Assembly: GCA_964592635.1 (NCBI GenBank)
Contig: CAZQFZ010000002.1
Span: forward strand, 4,956-56,885
DNA: 51,930 nucleotides
Direction of reading: 5' to 3'
Source: an uncultured Rhizobium sp.
GTDB taxonomy: Bacteria > Bacteroidota > Bacteroidia > NS11-12g > UBA955
The notes under the pieces were generated by a model, which saw nothing but the letters and a program-made list of their open reading frames with translations, was not told the origin of the DNA and ran no database searches. The position numbers and the translations under genes are program-made. Below are positions 9,632 to 19,210 of the stretch, piece after piece; the stretch's first letter is position 1, and the number at the start of each line of letters is the position of its first letter.

Positions 9632-9652
9632 ACTTTCAAAAACCGTGCCAAA
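9632..9652 (-). promoter_or_regulatory. Putative sigma-54 (-24/-12) promoter, distal identical copy
   Basis: Identical 21-mer ACTTTCAAAAACCGTGCCAAA, 114 bp from the first. Confidence 0.6.
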
Positions 9653-9717
9653 CTTTAAATTTATTTTTAACTGGTTTCATTTTCGATTCATTCTTGGTTG
9701 TCCTATTTTTGTAATTG

Positions 9718-10089
9718 ATGAAGATTAGAATAAAAGGAAATTCGATTCGTTTGCGATTGACCAAAACCGAAGTATCCAATTTTGAGACAACGGGAGTATT
9801 GGCAGAAACAACTCAAATGATCGGAGGTGAGTTTGTGTACACGTTAAGGGCATCATCGGATGTAGCAACGCTTTCTGCAGAATGGAAATCTCCCAACCAG
9901 ATACAATTTCTTATGCCTGTGGATTTAGCTAGAGAATGGACAACTACTGACCATATAGGTTACCAACATGTGTTGCAGCTTCCCAATGGTGCAGAATTGT
10001 TTTTATTGATTGAGAAAGATTTTGTTTGCTTAGATAATACATTTGAAGATCAAAGCGATAATTATCCCAATCCCAACGCAGCTTGTTAA
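9718..10089 (+). CDS. DUF7009-like protein, associated with FdhF/YdeP clusters
   Basis: MKIRIKGNSIRLRL...LLIEKDFVCLD...DNYPNP; TATTTTTG -7 box at 9704-9711. Confidence 0.8.
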   Translation: MKIRIKGNSIRLRLTKTEVSNFETTGVLAETTQMIGGEFVYTLRASSDVATLSAEWKSPNQIQFLMPVDLAREWTTTDHIGYQHVLQLPNGAELFLLIEKDFVCLDNTFEDQSDNYPNPNAAC

Positions 10090-10162
10090 TCAAGCATAAC
10101 CGAAAATGGCATAGGTAAAAGTGAAGTTGATTTCCAATTGTTAAACCTTCCCCCGAAAAAAT

Positions 10163-12472
10163 ATGACTAAAAAACACCATCAACCCAATCCAGAGAATCC
10201 AGAAGGTTTACTGAATTTGAAATTGCGTGAAGTGTCTGACGCAGCTGCAGGACTAACTGGGGTTAAAGTGGCTGTTCAGCATGTATTCTCTGAAATGGGC
10301 CCGGCTCGTGGCTTAAAGGCCCTGTTTAATTTGAATCAAAAAGGAGGAGTGGATTGTCCATCATGTGCTTGGCCGGATCCCGACGATGATCGATCAATAA
10401 TAGGAGAGTATTGCGAGAATGGAGCAAAGGCCATTGCCGAGGAAGCAACGAGTAAAAAGTTAACGGCCGATTTTTTTGCCAAAAATTCTGTAGCGGAATT
10501 GAGTTTGCTGAACGATTACGAAATAGGTAAAAAAGGTCGGTTGGCAGAACCTATGTACCTGGCACCGAATGCCAGTCATTATGCTCCCATTTCTTGGGAA
10601 GATGCATTTGCAAAAATTGCCCACCACTTGAAATCGATGGATGATCCTAATGAAGCGGTTTTTTACACCAGCGGTAGAACATCCAACGAAGCGGCATTTT
10701 TATATCAATTGTTTGTTCGGGAATTGGGCACAAACAACTTACCAGATTGTTCAAACATGTGTCACGAATCGTCGGGAGTGGCCTTGTCGGAAAGCGTAGG
10801 AATTGGTAAGGGGAGTGTGAAATTGGAGGATTTTTACATTGCGGATGTTATTTTCATTATAGGACAGAACCCGGGCACTAATCATCCTCGGATGTTAAGT
10901 GCTTTGCAAAAAGCGAAGGAGAAAGGTGCCATCATTATTTCTATCAATCCGTTGCCTGAAACTGGATTAGTGGCATTTAAAGATCCTCAGTCCATTAAGG
11001 GAGCTTTGGGGATTAAGGCGCGACTCACGGATTTGTTTTTGCAGGTGAAAATCAACGGCGATTTGCCATTAATGCAGGCCATTTCTTATCGGTTGATTGA
11101 AGAGGAAAATCGTTGTCCAGGGGAGGTGTTGGATCCCAAATTCATATCTGAACACACCCATGGATTTGAGAGTTGGAAATCAAATATTTTAAGTCAGGAT
11201 TATGCTTGGTTGGTAGAGCAATCGGGCATCCCCCAAGAGCTCATCGAAAAAACGGTTGAGTTAATCGCAAATAAGAAGAAGATAATTGCATGTTGGGCCA
11301 TGGGGTTGACACAGCATAAAAATGCTGTAGATACCATTAAAGAGGTGGTGAATTTGTTGATAGCGAAAGGCAGCATTGGAAAGCCGGGTGCGGGAACTTG
11401 TCCAGTGAGAGGCCATTCCAACGTGCAGGGAGATCGCACCATGGGTATTTATGAGAAGCCAAGTCAGGCATTTTTAGACAATATCAAACGGGTGTATGGA
11501 TTTACGCCTCCTTCGGAACATGGACTGGATGTGGTAGATTGCATCAAGGCGATGCATGAGGGAAAGGTGAAGGTGTTTTTTGCTATGGGAGGGAACTTTT
11601 TGAGCGCTACTCCGGATACCTTATATACGGCAGATGCCTTAGAAAAGTGTGAATTAACGGTTCAAGTTTCAACAAAACTGAATCGTTCACATCTAATTAC
11701 TGGTAAGGAGGCCCTTATTTTGCCTACGTTAGGAAGAACCGATCACGATTATTTGAACGGTGAATTGCAGTTTGTAACCTGCGAAAATTCAATGGGCGTG
11801 ATTCAAATGTCGAAAGGCGTTTTGAAACCCGTTTCAGATAGATTGAAGAGTGAACCCATCATTGTTTGTGAGTTGGCAAAAGCAGTATTGGGAAAGAAAT
11901 CGGTTGTGAATTGGGATCGTTATATGGAACACTACGATTACATTCGTTGGGATATTGAACGAACCATACCCGGATTTGATTTATACAACGATAGAGCGCG
12001 ATTACCCGGTGGGTTTTATTTGCCCAATTCAGCCCGCGAAGGGAAATTTAACACGTTTACAGGAAAGGCCAATTTCAATGTGGCTCAGTTTGAACCACCT
12101 CAATTGCAGCCGGGCGAACTGATGATGATGACGGTGAGAAGTCACGATCAGTTCAATACCACCATATACGGTTTGGATGATCGTTATCGAGGGATTTCCA
12201 ATGAACGACGAGTGATATTTATGAATGAAAACGACATTTCTGCCTTGGGTTTTCAGGGGGGTGATCGTGTTGACTTGTTTAATTTTTTCGGGGGACGTGA
12301 GCGCGTGGCTCGAAATTTCATCATCATACCCTTCAGCATTCCGCAAGGATGTACTGCTACGTATTTCCCAGAAACCAATGTTTTGGTTCCCATTGATTCC
12401 GTTGCAGATAAAAGCAACACCCCCACATCTAAATTTATTGTATTGCAAATAAGACCACATGAAGGAAGTTGA
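10163..12472 (+). CDS. FdhF/YdeP family molybdopterin oxidoreductase
   Basis: DCPSCAWPD..YCENGAKA, YTSGRTSNEAA, DCSNMCHESSG, RGHSNVQGDRT, TVRSHDQFNTT, YFPETN. Confidence 0.95.
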   Translation: MTKKHHQPNPENPEGLLNLKLREVSDAAAGLTGVKVAVQHVFSEMGPARGLKALFNLNQKGGVDCPSCAWPDPDDDRSIIGEYCENGAKAIAEEATSKKLTADFFAKNSVAELSLLNDYEIGKKGRLAEPMYLAPNASHYAPISWEDAFAKIAHHLKSMDDPNEAVFYTSGRTSNEAAFLYQLFVRELGTNNLPDCSNMCHESSGVALSESVGIGKGSVKLEDFYIADVIFIIGQNPGTNHPRMLSALQKAKEKGAIIISINPLPETGLVAFKDPQSIKGALGIKARLTDLFLQVKINGDLPLMQAISYRLIEEENRCPGEVLDPKFISEHTHGFESWKSNILSQDYAWLVEQSGIPQELIEKTVELIANKKKIIACWAMGLTQHKNAVDTIKEVVNLLIAKGSIGKPGAGTCPVRGHSNVQGDRTMGIYEKPSQAFLDNIKRVYGFTPPSEHGLDVVDCIKAMHEGKVKVFFAMGGNFLSATPDTLYTADALEKCELTVQVSTKLNRSHLITGKEALILPTLGRTDHDYLNGELQFVTCENSMGVIQMSKGVLKPVSDRLKSEPIIVCELAKAVLGKKSVVNWDRYMEHYDYIRWDIERTIPGFDLYNDRARLPGGFYLPNSAREGKFNTFTGKANFNVAQFEPPQLQPGELMMMTVRSHDQFNTTIYGLDDRYRGISNERRVIFMNENDISALGFQGGDRVDLFNFFGGRERVARNFIIIPFSIPQGCTATYFPETNVLVPIDSVADKSNTPTSKFIVLQIRPHEGS

Positions 12473-13355
12473 ATTGATCCTGTCGCCGCCAGAACCCCAT
12501 TTCGTGGGTGATGGTTTTAGAGTACACAATTTTATACCGGGTGCATATCGTTTGGATATGTATAGAATGGATCCATTTATCATGTTGGATTACAATTCCA
12601 AACACGTATTTCCCCCTTCCGATACCCCCAAAGGGGTTGGTGTTCATCCACATCGAGGATTTGAAACAGTTACCATAGCTTATAAAGGGAAGGTGGCTCA
12701 TCACGACAGCGCGGGTGGAGGTGGAATTATCGGTGAAGGAGATGTGCAATGGATGACTGCCGCATCGGGTGTTTTACATAAAGAGTATCACGAAGCAGAA
12801 TTCAGTAAAACCGGTGGCGAATTTCAAATGGTTCAACTTTGGGTGAATTTACCCAGCAAGTTCAAAATGTCGCCGCCTCAATACCAAGCTATCGAAAATG
12901 CCAAGATGAAACGAATCGAATTGGATCACGGTGGGTATATTGAATTGATTGCCGGCCATTACACGGATTCAAAGGGTGCTGAATATCGTGGCCCAGCAAC
13001 CACGTTTAGTCCTGTACATTTATCGAATTGTATTTTAAATTCTGGCGACCAAGCTCGGTACACATTCCCGGCACATTACAATACCGCGTTGGTAATTATT
13101 GAGGGTGAAGTAATAGTAAATGATGAGTTTATTGCACCTACCGACAATTTTGTGTTATTCGGAAATTCAGGCGAAGATTTCACTATTCGAACTTCAGATA
13201 AGAGTAAAGAAAATGCTAAAGTTTTGGTGTTAAGCGGTGAGCCCTTGCTTGAACCTATTGCTGCACACGGGCCGTTTGTAATGAATACCCGACAGGAGTT
13301 GGTACAGGCGTTTCAAGACTTCAACGACGGTAAGTTCGGTTATTTGGCCGATTAG
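12459..13355 (+). CDS. Pirin family protein
   Basis: DPFIMLD, HPHRGFETVT, VQWMTAASGVLHKE, QLWVNLP, GPFVMNT; 14-bp overlap with upstream gene. Confidence 0.95.
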   Translation: MKEVELILSPPEPHFVGDGFRVHNFIPGAYRLDMYRMDPFIMLDYNSKHVFPPSDTPKGVGVHPHRGFETVTIAYKGKVAHHDSAGGGGIIGEGDVQWMTAASGVLHKEYHEAEFSKTGGEFQMVQLWVNLPSKFKMSPPQYQAIENAKMKRIELDHGGYIELIAGHYTDSKGAEYRGPATTFSPVHLSNCILNSGDQARYTFPAHYNTALVIIEGEVIVNDEFIAPTDNFVLFGNSGEDFTIRTSDKSKENAKVLVLSGEPLLEPIAAHGPFVMNTRQELVQAFQDFNDGKFGYLAD

Positions 13356-13435
13356 TGTCTATTGTTTTTCTGTTTTTTTGGACAATTGATTTACAAACTA
13401 ATAAAACACAACATTGTTTAGTACTTTGAATAATT

Positions 13436-14233
13436 ATGGACTTCATATCTCGTTTTGAAAAAATGAATTTGGCCTTGGCGCCTTACAGAGAGCAAATTGT
13501 AAATCATCCGGTGTACAAGAAAATCCAAACAGCCGACGATGTTCGGATTTTCATGAAATACCATGTTTACGCCGTTTGGGATTTTATGTCGCTGTTAAAA
13601 TCATTGCAGCGTAATTTAACTCGAGTGGAATTGCCTTGGTATCCTGTTGGTGATGCACAAACGAGATTTTTAATCAATGAAATTGTAGTGGGCGAAGAAT
13701 CGGATGTTGATCAATTCGGTGTGAGGATGTCGCACTACGAATTGTATTTAAAAGCAATGAAAGAAATGGGTGCCGATACGCAACCCATAGAAACGTTTTT
13801 GGATGCTTTGAAATCCAGCAAAATACAATCTGATTTGAACCAAGAAATATTGAATACATGTTTTGAATTGGCCCAAACTCCACCGGAGGCCCGCCAATTT
13901 GTTTCATTTACATTCGATACCATTCGCACAAATCAATCGTATTTATTGGCATCTACGTTTACATTTGGTCGTGAAGATTTGATTCCTAACATGTTCATGT
14001 CTATCATTAATGATTTGAGCAGCGAACTTCCCGAACAAGTGCAAACGTTTAAATACTATTTGGATCGACATATAGAAGTGGATGGAGATCATCATTCGCA
14101 TTTGGCCTTGGAAATGACTGCACAATTATGCGGAGATAACGAAGATTATTGGAGTAAAGCCGAGCAATGGGCAATAGCTAGTTTGAAAAGCAGAATTGAA
14201 CTTTGGAATGGCGTTTTACGGGAATTGAGTTAA
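13436..14233 (+). CDS. DUF3050 family protein (heme-oxygenase-like fold)
   Basis: HVYAVWDFMSLLK, INEIVVGEESD, SHYELY, FGREDLIP, YLDRHIEVDGDHH. Confidence 0.9.
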   Translation: MDFISRFEKMNLALAPYREQIVNHPVYKKIQTADDVRIFMKYHVYAVWDFMSLLKSLQRNLTRVELPWYPVGDAQTRFLINEIVVGEESDVDQFGVRMSHYELYLKAMKEMGADTQPIETFLDALKSSKIQSDLNQEILNTCFELAQTPPEARQFVSFTFDTIRTNQSYLLASTFTFGREDLIPNMFMSIINDLSSELPEQVQTFKYYLDRHIEVDGDHHSHLALEMTAQLCGDNEDYWSKAEQWAIASLKSRIELWNGVLRELS

Positions 14234-14273
14234 CGCTTAATAGTTGCCGTTTTTATTACGGCTATATTTTGAT

Positions 14274-15248
14274 TTAAAATAGACTCAAAATCAGCAGCAA
14301 TCCCAATTGCAAAGCAAAAATCATCAACCCGAATCCAATGCCGCGTTTGCCCGCGTGAAGGAGTTTTGAAAAACTCACCTTTAGTCCGATGGCTGTCATG
14401 GCGATGGTTAAAATTATTTTGCCCAAATATTCGATTTGTTTAATCACGTTTTTGGGGATATCAATGGAGGAAACAAAAATTGTAACCAAAATAAAACCAA
14501 TCAGATACCAGGGAAGTTTGAAATATTCTTTCCAGGAACCTACAGTTTTACGATTGATAAGATAGTTGATGAAAATGAGTCCGGGAGTGAGTAATGCTAC
14601 TCGAGCAAGCTTTATGGTTAAAGCAGCATCTCCGGCTTCTTTACCGATGGTAAATCCTGCACCGGCCACGTTCCCAACGGAATGTAAACTTCCCCCGATC
14701 AACAAACCAATTTTCGTTGCACTGAAATCGGATTTAATCAGAATAACAGGCAAAATCAGCATACCAAGAGTACCCAGCAGATTCACCACAGCCATGGAAA
14801 TAGCAACATCTTCTTTTTCTTTATTTTTGAGGGATGGTGATAATGCTGCAATTGCGCTTGATCCGCAAATGGCCGTTCCAAAACCCACTAAAATGCCTGT
14901 ATTTGTTGGACAGTTGAATTGATGCGAAAGGAAATATGTGGCAGTTAATACGATTAAAACAATGAGGGTTAGTCCAATAAAACTGCCTGCACCCATATTT
15001 GCAATTTCCGAATAATTAATTCCCACAGCCAAAAAGAGTATGGAAATCTCAAGCATTTTGGAGGATGTATAACCGATTCCAGCGTCTAAAATTGTGGGTA
15101 ATTTCCATGTGTTGCTCAAGAATATCCCAAGAATTAACCCCAAAATGATGCTATTGAGGTAATTGGGGGTAAAAGGTTCAATTAACAGAGCAAGTATCCC
15201 CAAGAAAATAGCGAAAACCACACCTTTCCAATTCGATTTCCAATCCAT
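14274..15248 (-). CDS. YeiH / putative sulfate exporter family transporter
   Basis: About 10 TM segments; GTAICGSSAIAA, GGSLHSVGNV, IKLARV, AMTAIGL; start taken at MDWKS. Confidence 0.9.
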   Translation of the reverse strand: MDWKSNWKGVVFAIFLGILALLIEPFTPNYLNSIILGLILGIFLSNTWKLPTILDAGIGYTSSKMLEISILFLAVGINYSEIANMGAGSFIGLTLIVLIVLTATYFLSHQFNCPTNTGILVGFGTAICGSSAIAALSPSLKNKEKEDVAISMAVVNLLGTLGMLILPVILIKSDFSATKIGLLIGGSLHSVGNVAGAGFTIGKEAGDAALTIKLARVALLTPGLIFINYLINRKTVGSWKEYFKLPWYLIGFILVTIFVSSIDIPKNVIKQIEYLGKIILTIAMTAIGLKVSFSKLLHAGKRGIGFGLMIFALQLGLLLILSLF

Positions 15249-15496
15249 GTTGCAAATATGAAGAAAATATCGGGGCATTTCAGTGATAGTAGTTACATTC
15301 CGCATCTAAGTACATGAAACACTTTCGAAATATCGGATTTGTGAATACAAAGAATGCTAAAAATGGCATTTTTGTTAAAGTAATTGGTTGAATTGAAGCA
15401 ATTAAATTAAACAAAACTCAATTCTGTCTAATTTGTGACAAACAATGTATAACTTCAGCGAGCGTTGAATGTTAACTTGCACTAAACTTGAATACC

Positions 15497-17062
15497 ATGA
15501 AATTAAAAACATTTATCATCTTATGGATTTTTGCGGGAAGCACTTCGTTGTTTTCGCAATTTGACAGCTCTTGGGTTACTTGTTACACCAAAGCGTTTAA
15601 ACCCAAATTTAACTTTTCAAGCAACACCGTCGATACTTGTGCCAAATCGGTCAATGTGAAAGTCACCTATTCTGGCAGACCTTCTTATGTTTATTGGAGT
15701 GATGGAACCGCTTCTGTTGATCGTACGATTTATTACAGCGGGCAATATCAAATTTATATGTTTGATTCTGCTGGTTGCATAGACACCAGTGCCACGCTTA
15801 ATGTAAAATTGGGTGATCAATACATTTCGGCATACGCACAAAACGGATTGACCACTATCGACATGTGTCCTGGAAGCCAAATTGTTTTGTATTCTTATGC
15901 GAATGTAGAAACTCAGTGGAACACGGGAGAAAAGGAAAGTAATATCCTTATCTCAAAACCCGGCAAATATTGGATTAAGTCATTATCGACATCCAAGTGT
16001 AAGGCGGTTTCAGATACCATTTATGTGAATTTGATTAAAACTCAAAGTATCACCATAAAAGCAGCTGGCGACACTAGTTTTTGTTATGGGGATTCAGTGT
16101 TATTGGAATCGAATCATACCGATACCAATTCGTTTTGGTATCCATATTATAAGACCGGCAAAAAGTTTTATGCAAAAGAACCGGGTGTGTACAGTGTATA
16201 TTCGAAAGATAATAAGGCAGGTTGTGATATTTTCTCAAATACCATTACCATTAAAGTTCAAATGCCAAGACAAATCAACTTGTGCATGGTAACTGTGGAT
16301 AGTGCAAGTGGGAAGAACCGTTTGGTTTGGCAGGCTGCAAGTTGGGCAACTGGCTACAAGATTTACAGAGAATCGAGTGTTTCTGGTGAATTTACGATGA
16401 TTGGTGAATTAAAGGGAGCAGGTAATGATTTCTTTTTAGACACTACATCTAAGCCAAGAACTCGTCCTTATACCTATTATTTAGACGCAACAGATTCATG
16501 TGGCAACGTAGCACAAGAGAATCGTTGGTTTCAGCACACTACCCTTCATTTAACCGCGAATTTGGGCGTAACGGGTGAAAATAACTTGAATTGGAGTGAT
16601 TATTTTGGAATCTATCCGATCAATACCTACAATATTTACAGAAGCAACAATGGCGGTGCGTTTACCAAAATTGCATCGGTTTCGGCATCTGTAAAATCGT
16701 TTTCTGATTTTGAGCCGCCCAAAGGTTCGAATCGTTACTATATTGGTATAGATGGTTTCAATTTATGCAATTCAAGCACCAATAATATTGTTAACTCTAA
16801 CATGGTTGCGTTTGGTATTCTTTCCAACAATAATGTTAAAATTCAGAACTTAAACTTACAACCCAATCCAACAACAGGAATATTTACATTGTCTGGTGAG
16901 TTCGGTTTAGGTGCTAAATTCCAAATATTAGATATACAAGGTAGAGTGGTTGCGAAATACACTTGCAACGAAAGTAATTCCTACGATGTCTCAAATTTAC
17001 CCAACGGCATGTACCATGTTCTATTTGAAAATGGTCAAACGTTGAAGTTGATGAAAAACTAA
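15497..17062 (+). CDS. T9SS type A sorting domain protein with Ig-like repeats
   Basis: Signal peptide; repeated C..G...W..G...GxY modules; C-terminal PNPTTG...DIQGR...VSNLPNGMY...KLMKN. Confidence 0.88.
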   Translation: MKLKTFIILWIFAGSTSLFSQFDSSWVTCYTKAFKPKFNFSSNTVDTCAKSVNVKVTYSGRPSYVYWSDGTASVDRTIYYSGQYQIYMFDSAGCIDTSATLNVKLGDQYISAYAQNGLTTIDMCPGSQIVLYSYANVETQWNTGEKESNILISKPGKYWIKSLSTSKCKAVSDTIYVNLIKTQSITIKAAGDTSFCYGDSVLLESNHTDTNSFWYPYYKTGKKFYAKEPGVYSVYSKDNKAGCDIFSNTITIKVQMPRQINLCMVTVDSASGKNRLVWQAASWATGYKIYRESSVSGEFTMIGELKGAGNDFFLDTTSKPRTRPYTYYLDATDSCGNVAQENRWFQHTTLHLTANLGVTGENNLNWSDYFGIYPINTYNIYRSNNGGAFTKIASVSASVKSFSDFEPPKGSNRYYIGIDGFNLCNSSTNNIVNSNMVAFGILSNNNVKIQNLNLQPNPTTGIFTLSGEFGLGAKFQILDIQGRVVAKYTCNESNSYDVSNLPNGMYHVLFENGQTLKLMKN

Positions 17063-17087
17063 TTGATGATTTCTCTGTTTCTGAATC

Positions 17088-17387
17088 ATGGGTAGTCGCA
17101 ATTTGAACATTGAACCACTTTCAGAACAAGAAATAGACAGAATAATAGAAATGGCCTGGGAGGATCGAACACCCTTCGAGGCCATTTTTGTTCAGTTCGG
17201 TTTGCGAGAAAGTGAAGTGATTTCACTGATGCGTAAAACGTTGAAACGATCCAGCTTTATTATTTGGCGGGATCGGGTAACCTCCGGTGTGAGCCAAAAG
17301 TATCTCAAATTAAGGAATCCAGAAATAAACCGATTTAAATGCAATCGCCAGCGAGCAATTAGCAACAACAAAATCTCAAAACGTTGA
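17088..17387 (+). CDS. TIGR03643 / DUF2805 family protein
   Basis: IDRIIEMAWEDRTPFEAI..QFGL.E.EVI.LMR..LK.SSF..WR.RV. Confidence 0.9.
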   Translation: MGSRNLNIEPLSEQEIDRIIEMAWEDRTPFEAIFVQFGLRESEVISLMRKTLKRSSFIIWRDRVTSGVSQKYLKLRNPEINRFKCNRQRAISNNKISKR

Positions 17388-18968
17388 TCTCAACATCGAG
17401 GTGATTTGGCTAATAACCGACTGTGATTCAGGGAGTTTAGTAAACAACATCCAAACATGAAACATCTGAGGATATTCGTAGAATTGAAATCCTGAAGATT
17501 TAGAATCTTTGCTCTTGGTGAAATCAGAATATTGATTTTTTAGTTTTTGGGAATCTGCAAAAAACAAATCGTGTGTACCAATAAAAATAGCAATCTCGGT
17601 ATTGTTCAACGTGGGCCCATAAATGGGACTTACCTGTGGCAATTTAAGTAAATCATCTGTAGGTTTTTTGTTTCCTAAATAGGCCTTTGCACATAGGTTA
17701 AGTACTTCAAATGAAAGTATTTTATCAAGTTTAGCAATGGGTTTGGCTTGAGGATTTTTCATGCCCAAATCCAACCACGGCGAAAGCAAAATGATTTTTT
17801 TGGGAGCTTTCCAATATTCAGTACTCTGATTGAAGTTCGTGTCTTGAGAAAAAGGATGATTTTCTGCGATTTTCAAATTTTCTGTCAGGTGGTTATGAGA
17901 ATTGACATTAGCAATGAGCGTGTCTAAATTTGATTGAATCGTACTGCTTGAATTTGCGGAAGGGTTTGAATTGTTAGAATTTGCAGGAGGGGTTGAATTG
18001 TTAGAATTTGGAGATGGAGTTGAATTGTTAGAATTTGCAGAAGGGGTTGAATTACTTGAATTGGTTCTGAATTCCAAAGGGTATTGGTTCTCGGAAATTT
18101 GATTCCTGGTTTGAATTAATTGAGCATAAGCCAGAGATAAACCACCGCCTGCGGAATCGCCCATAAATACGATTTCACAATCGGGAAAAGCACGGGTTAT
18201 CCAAGTATAGAGTTCGTCCATGAAGTTAAAGAGCTCTTTGTATGTAAATTCTGGGCTCAGTGGATAGTCTGGAACAATCATGATGCTGTTCGTATTTTGA
18301 ACAATTTCCTGAATAAAATCCCAATGTACTAAGCTCAAATTCGCCACATAGCCACCGCCGTGTAAATATAGAATAACTTGTTTATTTGCGGATTTCGGTT
18401 TGATGGTCCATACTTTTCTGTTTTGAAAAATTAACGTGTTCACCTCTTTTTTTGAATAGATGAACGGAGGAGGTAGGTAGGCAATTTTAGGATAAGCTCC
18501 TGATTCAACTAATTTTTCGATTCCGAATCGAAGTCCCACAAATTCCGATGAACCTTTCATGATTTTAGCCGCTGTACTAATGGCCGTGTCGTGGGTATAA
18601 TGTAAAACTTCTTTTTTAATCGAATCGGATTTCATAGGGCTGGAATTAAAAGAATTTGCTGTTGATTTTATATTTCGAACTGCTTTGGTTGATTGTGATT
18701 GTAAAGAGTGCATACCATTTGGAAATTTTGTTCCTTGAACTGCAATGGTTGATTGGAATTGTAAAGAGTGCATACCACTTGGAAATATTGTTCCTTGAAC
18801 TGCAATGGTTGATTGGAATTGTAAGGAGTGCATACCATTTGGAAATATTGTTCCTTGAACTGCAATGGTTGATTGTGATTCGACATGCGAAATTGCCGCC
18901 CAACCGAAGGTTTCAACAAATAAAAAGACGAATAAAAATACACCTATATTCAATTTTATTCTGTACAC
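17376..18968 (-). CDS. Alpha/beta hydrolase (HSL-like esterase) with signal-like N-terminus and repeat expansions
   Basis: YLHGGGY, PDYPLSPE, GDSAGG nucleophile, LLSPWLD, GTHD, MFHVW; GTG start uncertain. Confidence 0.88.
   Translation of the reverse strand: MYRIKLNIGVFLFVFLFVETFGWAAISHVESQSTIAVQGTIFPNGMHSLQFQSTIAVQGTIFPSGMHSLQFQSTIAVQGTKFPNGMHSLQSQSTKAVRNIKSTANSFNSSPMKSDSIKKEVLHYTHDTAISTAAKIMKGSSEFVGLRFGIEKLVESGAYPKIAYLPPPFIYSKKEVNTLIFQNRKVWTIKPKSANKQVILYLHGGGYVANLSLVHWDFIQEIVQNTNSIMIVPDYPLSPEFTYKELFNFMDELYTWITRAFPDCEIVFMGDSAGGGLSLAYAQLIQTRNQISENQYPLEFRTNSSNSTPSANSNNSTPSPNSNNSTPPANSNNSNPSANSSSTIQSNLDTLIANVNSHNHLTENLKIAENHPFSQDTNFNQSTEYWKAPKKIILLSPWLDLGMKNPQAKPIAKLDKILSFEVLNLCAKAYLGNKKPTDDLLKLPQVSPIYGPTLNNTEIAIFIGTHDLFFADSQKLKNQYSDFTKSKDSKSSGFQFYEYPQMFHVWMLFTKLPESQSVISQITSMLRSTF
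17950..18062. repeat. 27-bp tandem repeat, about 4 copies, in frame (NSNNSTPSA-like)
   Basis: GAATTTGCRGRAGGGGTTGAATTGTTA-like units back to back. Confidence 0.9.
18677..18880. repeat. 60-bp tandem repeat, about 3.4 copies, in frame (QFQSTIAVQGTIFPNGMHSL)
   Basis: Successive 60-nt lines are near-identical: GGAAATATTGTTCCTTGAACTGCAATGGTTGATTGGAATTGTAAAGAGTGCATACCATTT. Confidence 0.95.
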
Positions 18969-19210
18969 ACCGCGATATTACATGAATTAAAGCCCTTCCA
19001 CTGTTTTTTTCGATGATATATGACACAAACCCCATGAAGTTAGGTTAATTCACTTTGAATTTGTCAAATTGGGTGTTGTGGTAGTGGTTGAGAACCGGTA
19101 CAGATTTGGCAGTATTTAAGTCGGATTTTGACGAAATTATTGCCGGCTAACGATTAAATACTCCACTATAATTGATTATTTTCGGTGGAACAAAACCATT
19201 TCCACGTTGT

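Noticed and set aside
10163-12472. Selenocysteine formate dehydrogenase
   Set aside because: No in-frame TGA; active-site region is NMCHE (Cys), YdeP-like
18677-18880. 60-bp array as a CRISPR array
   Set aside because: Units repeat over their whole length with no unique spacers, lie in frame inside a CDS, and no cas genes are present
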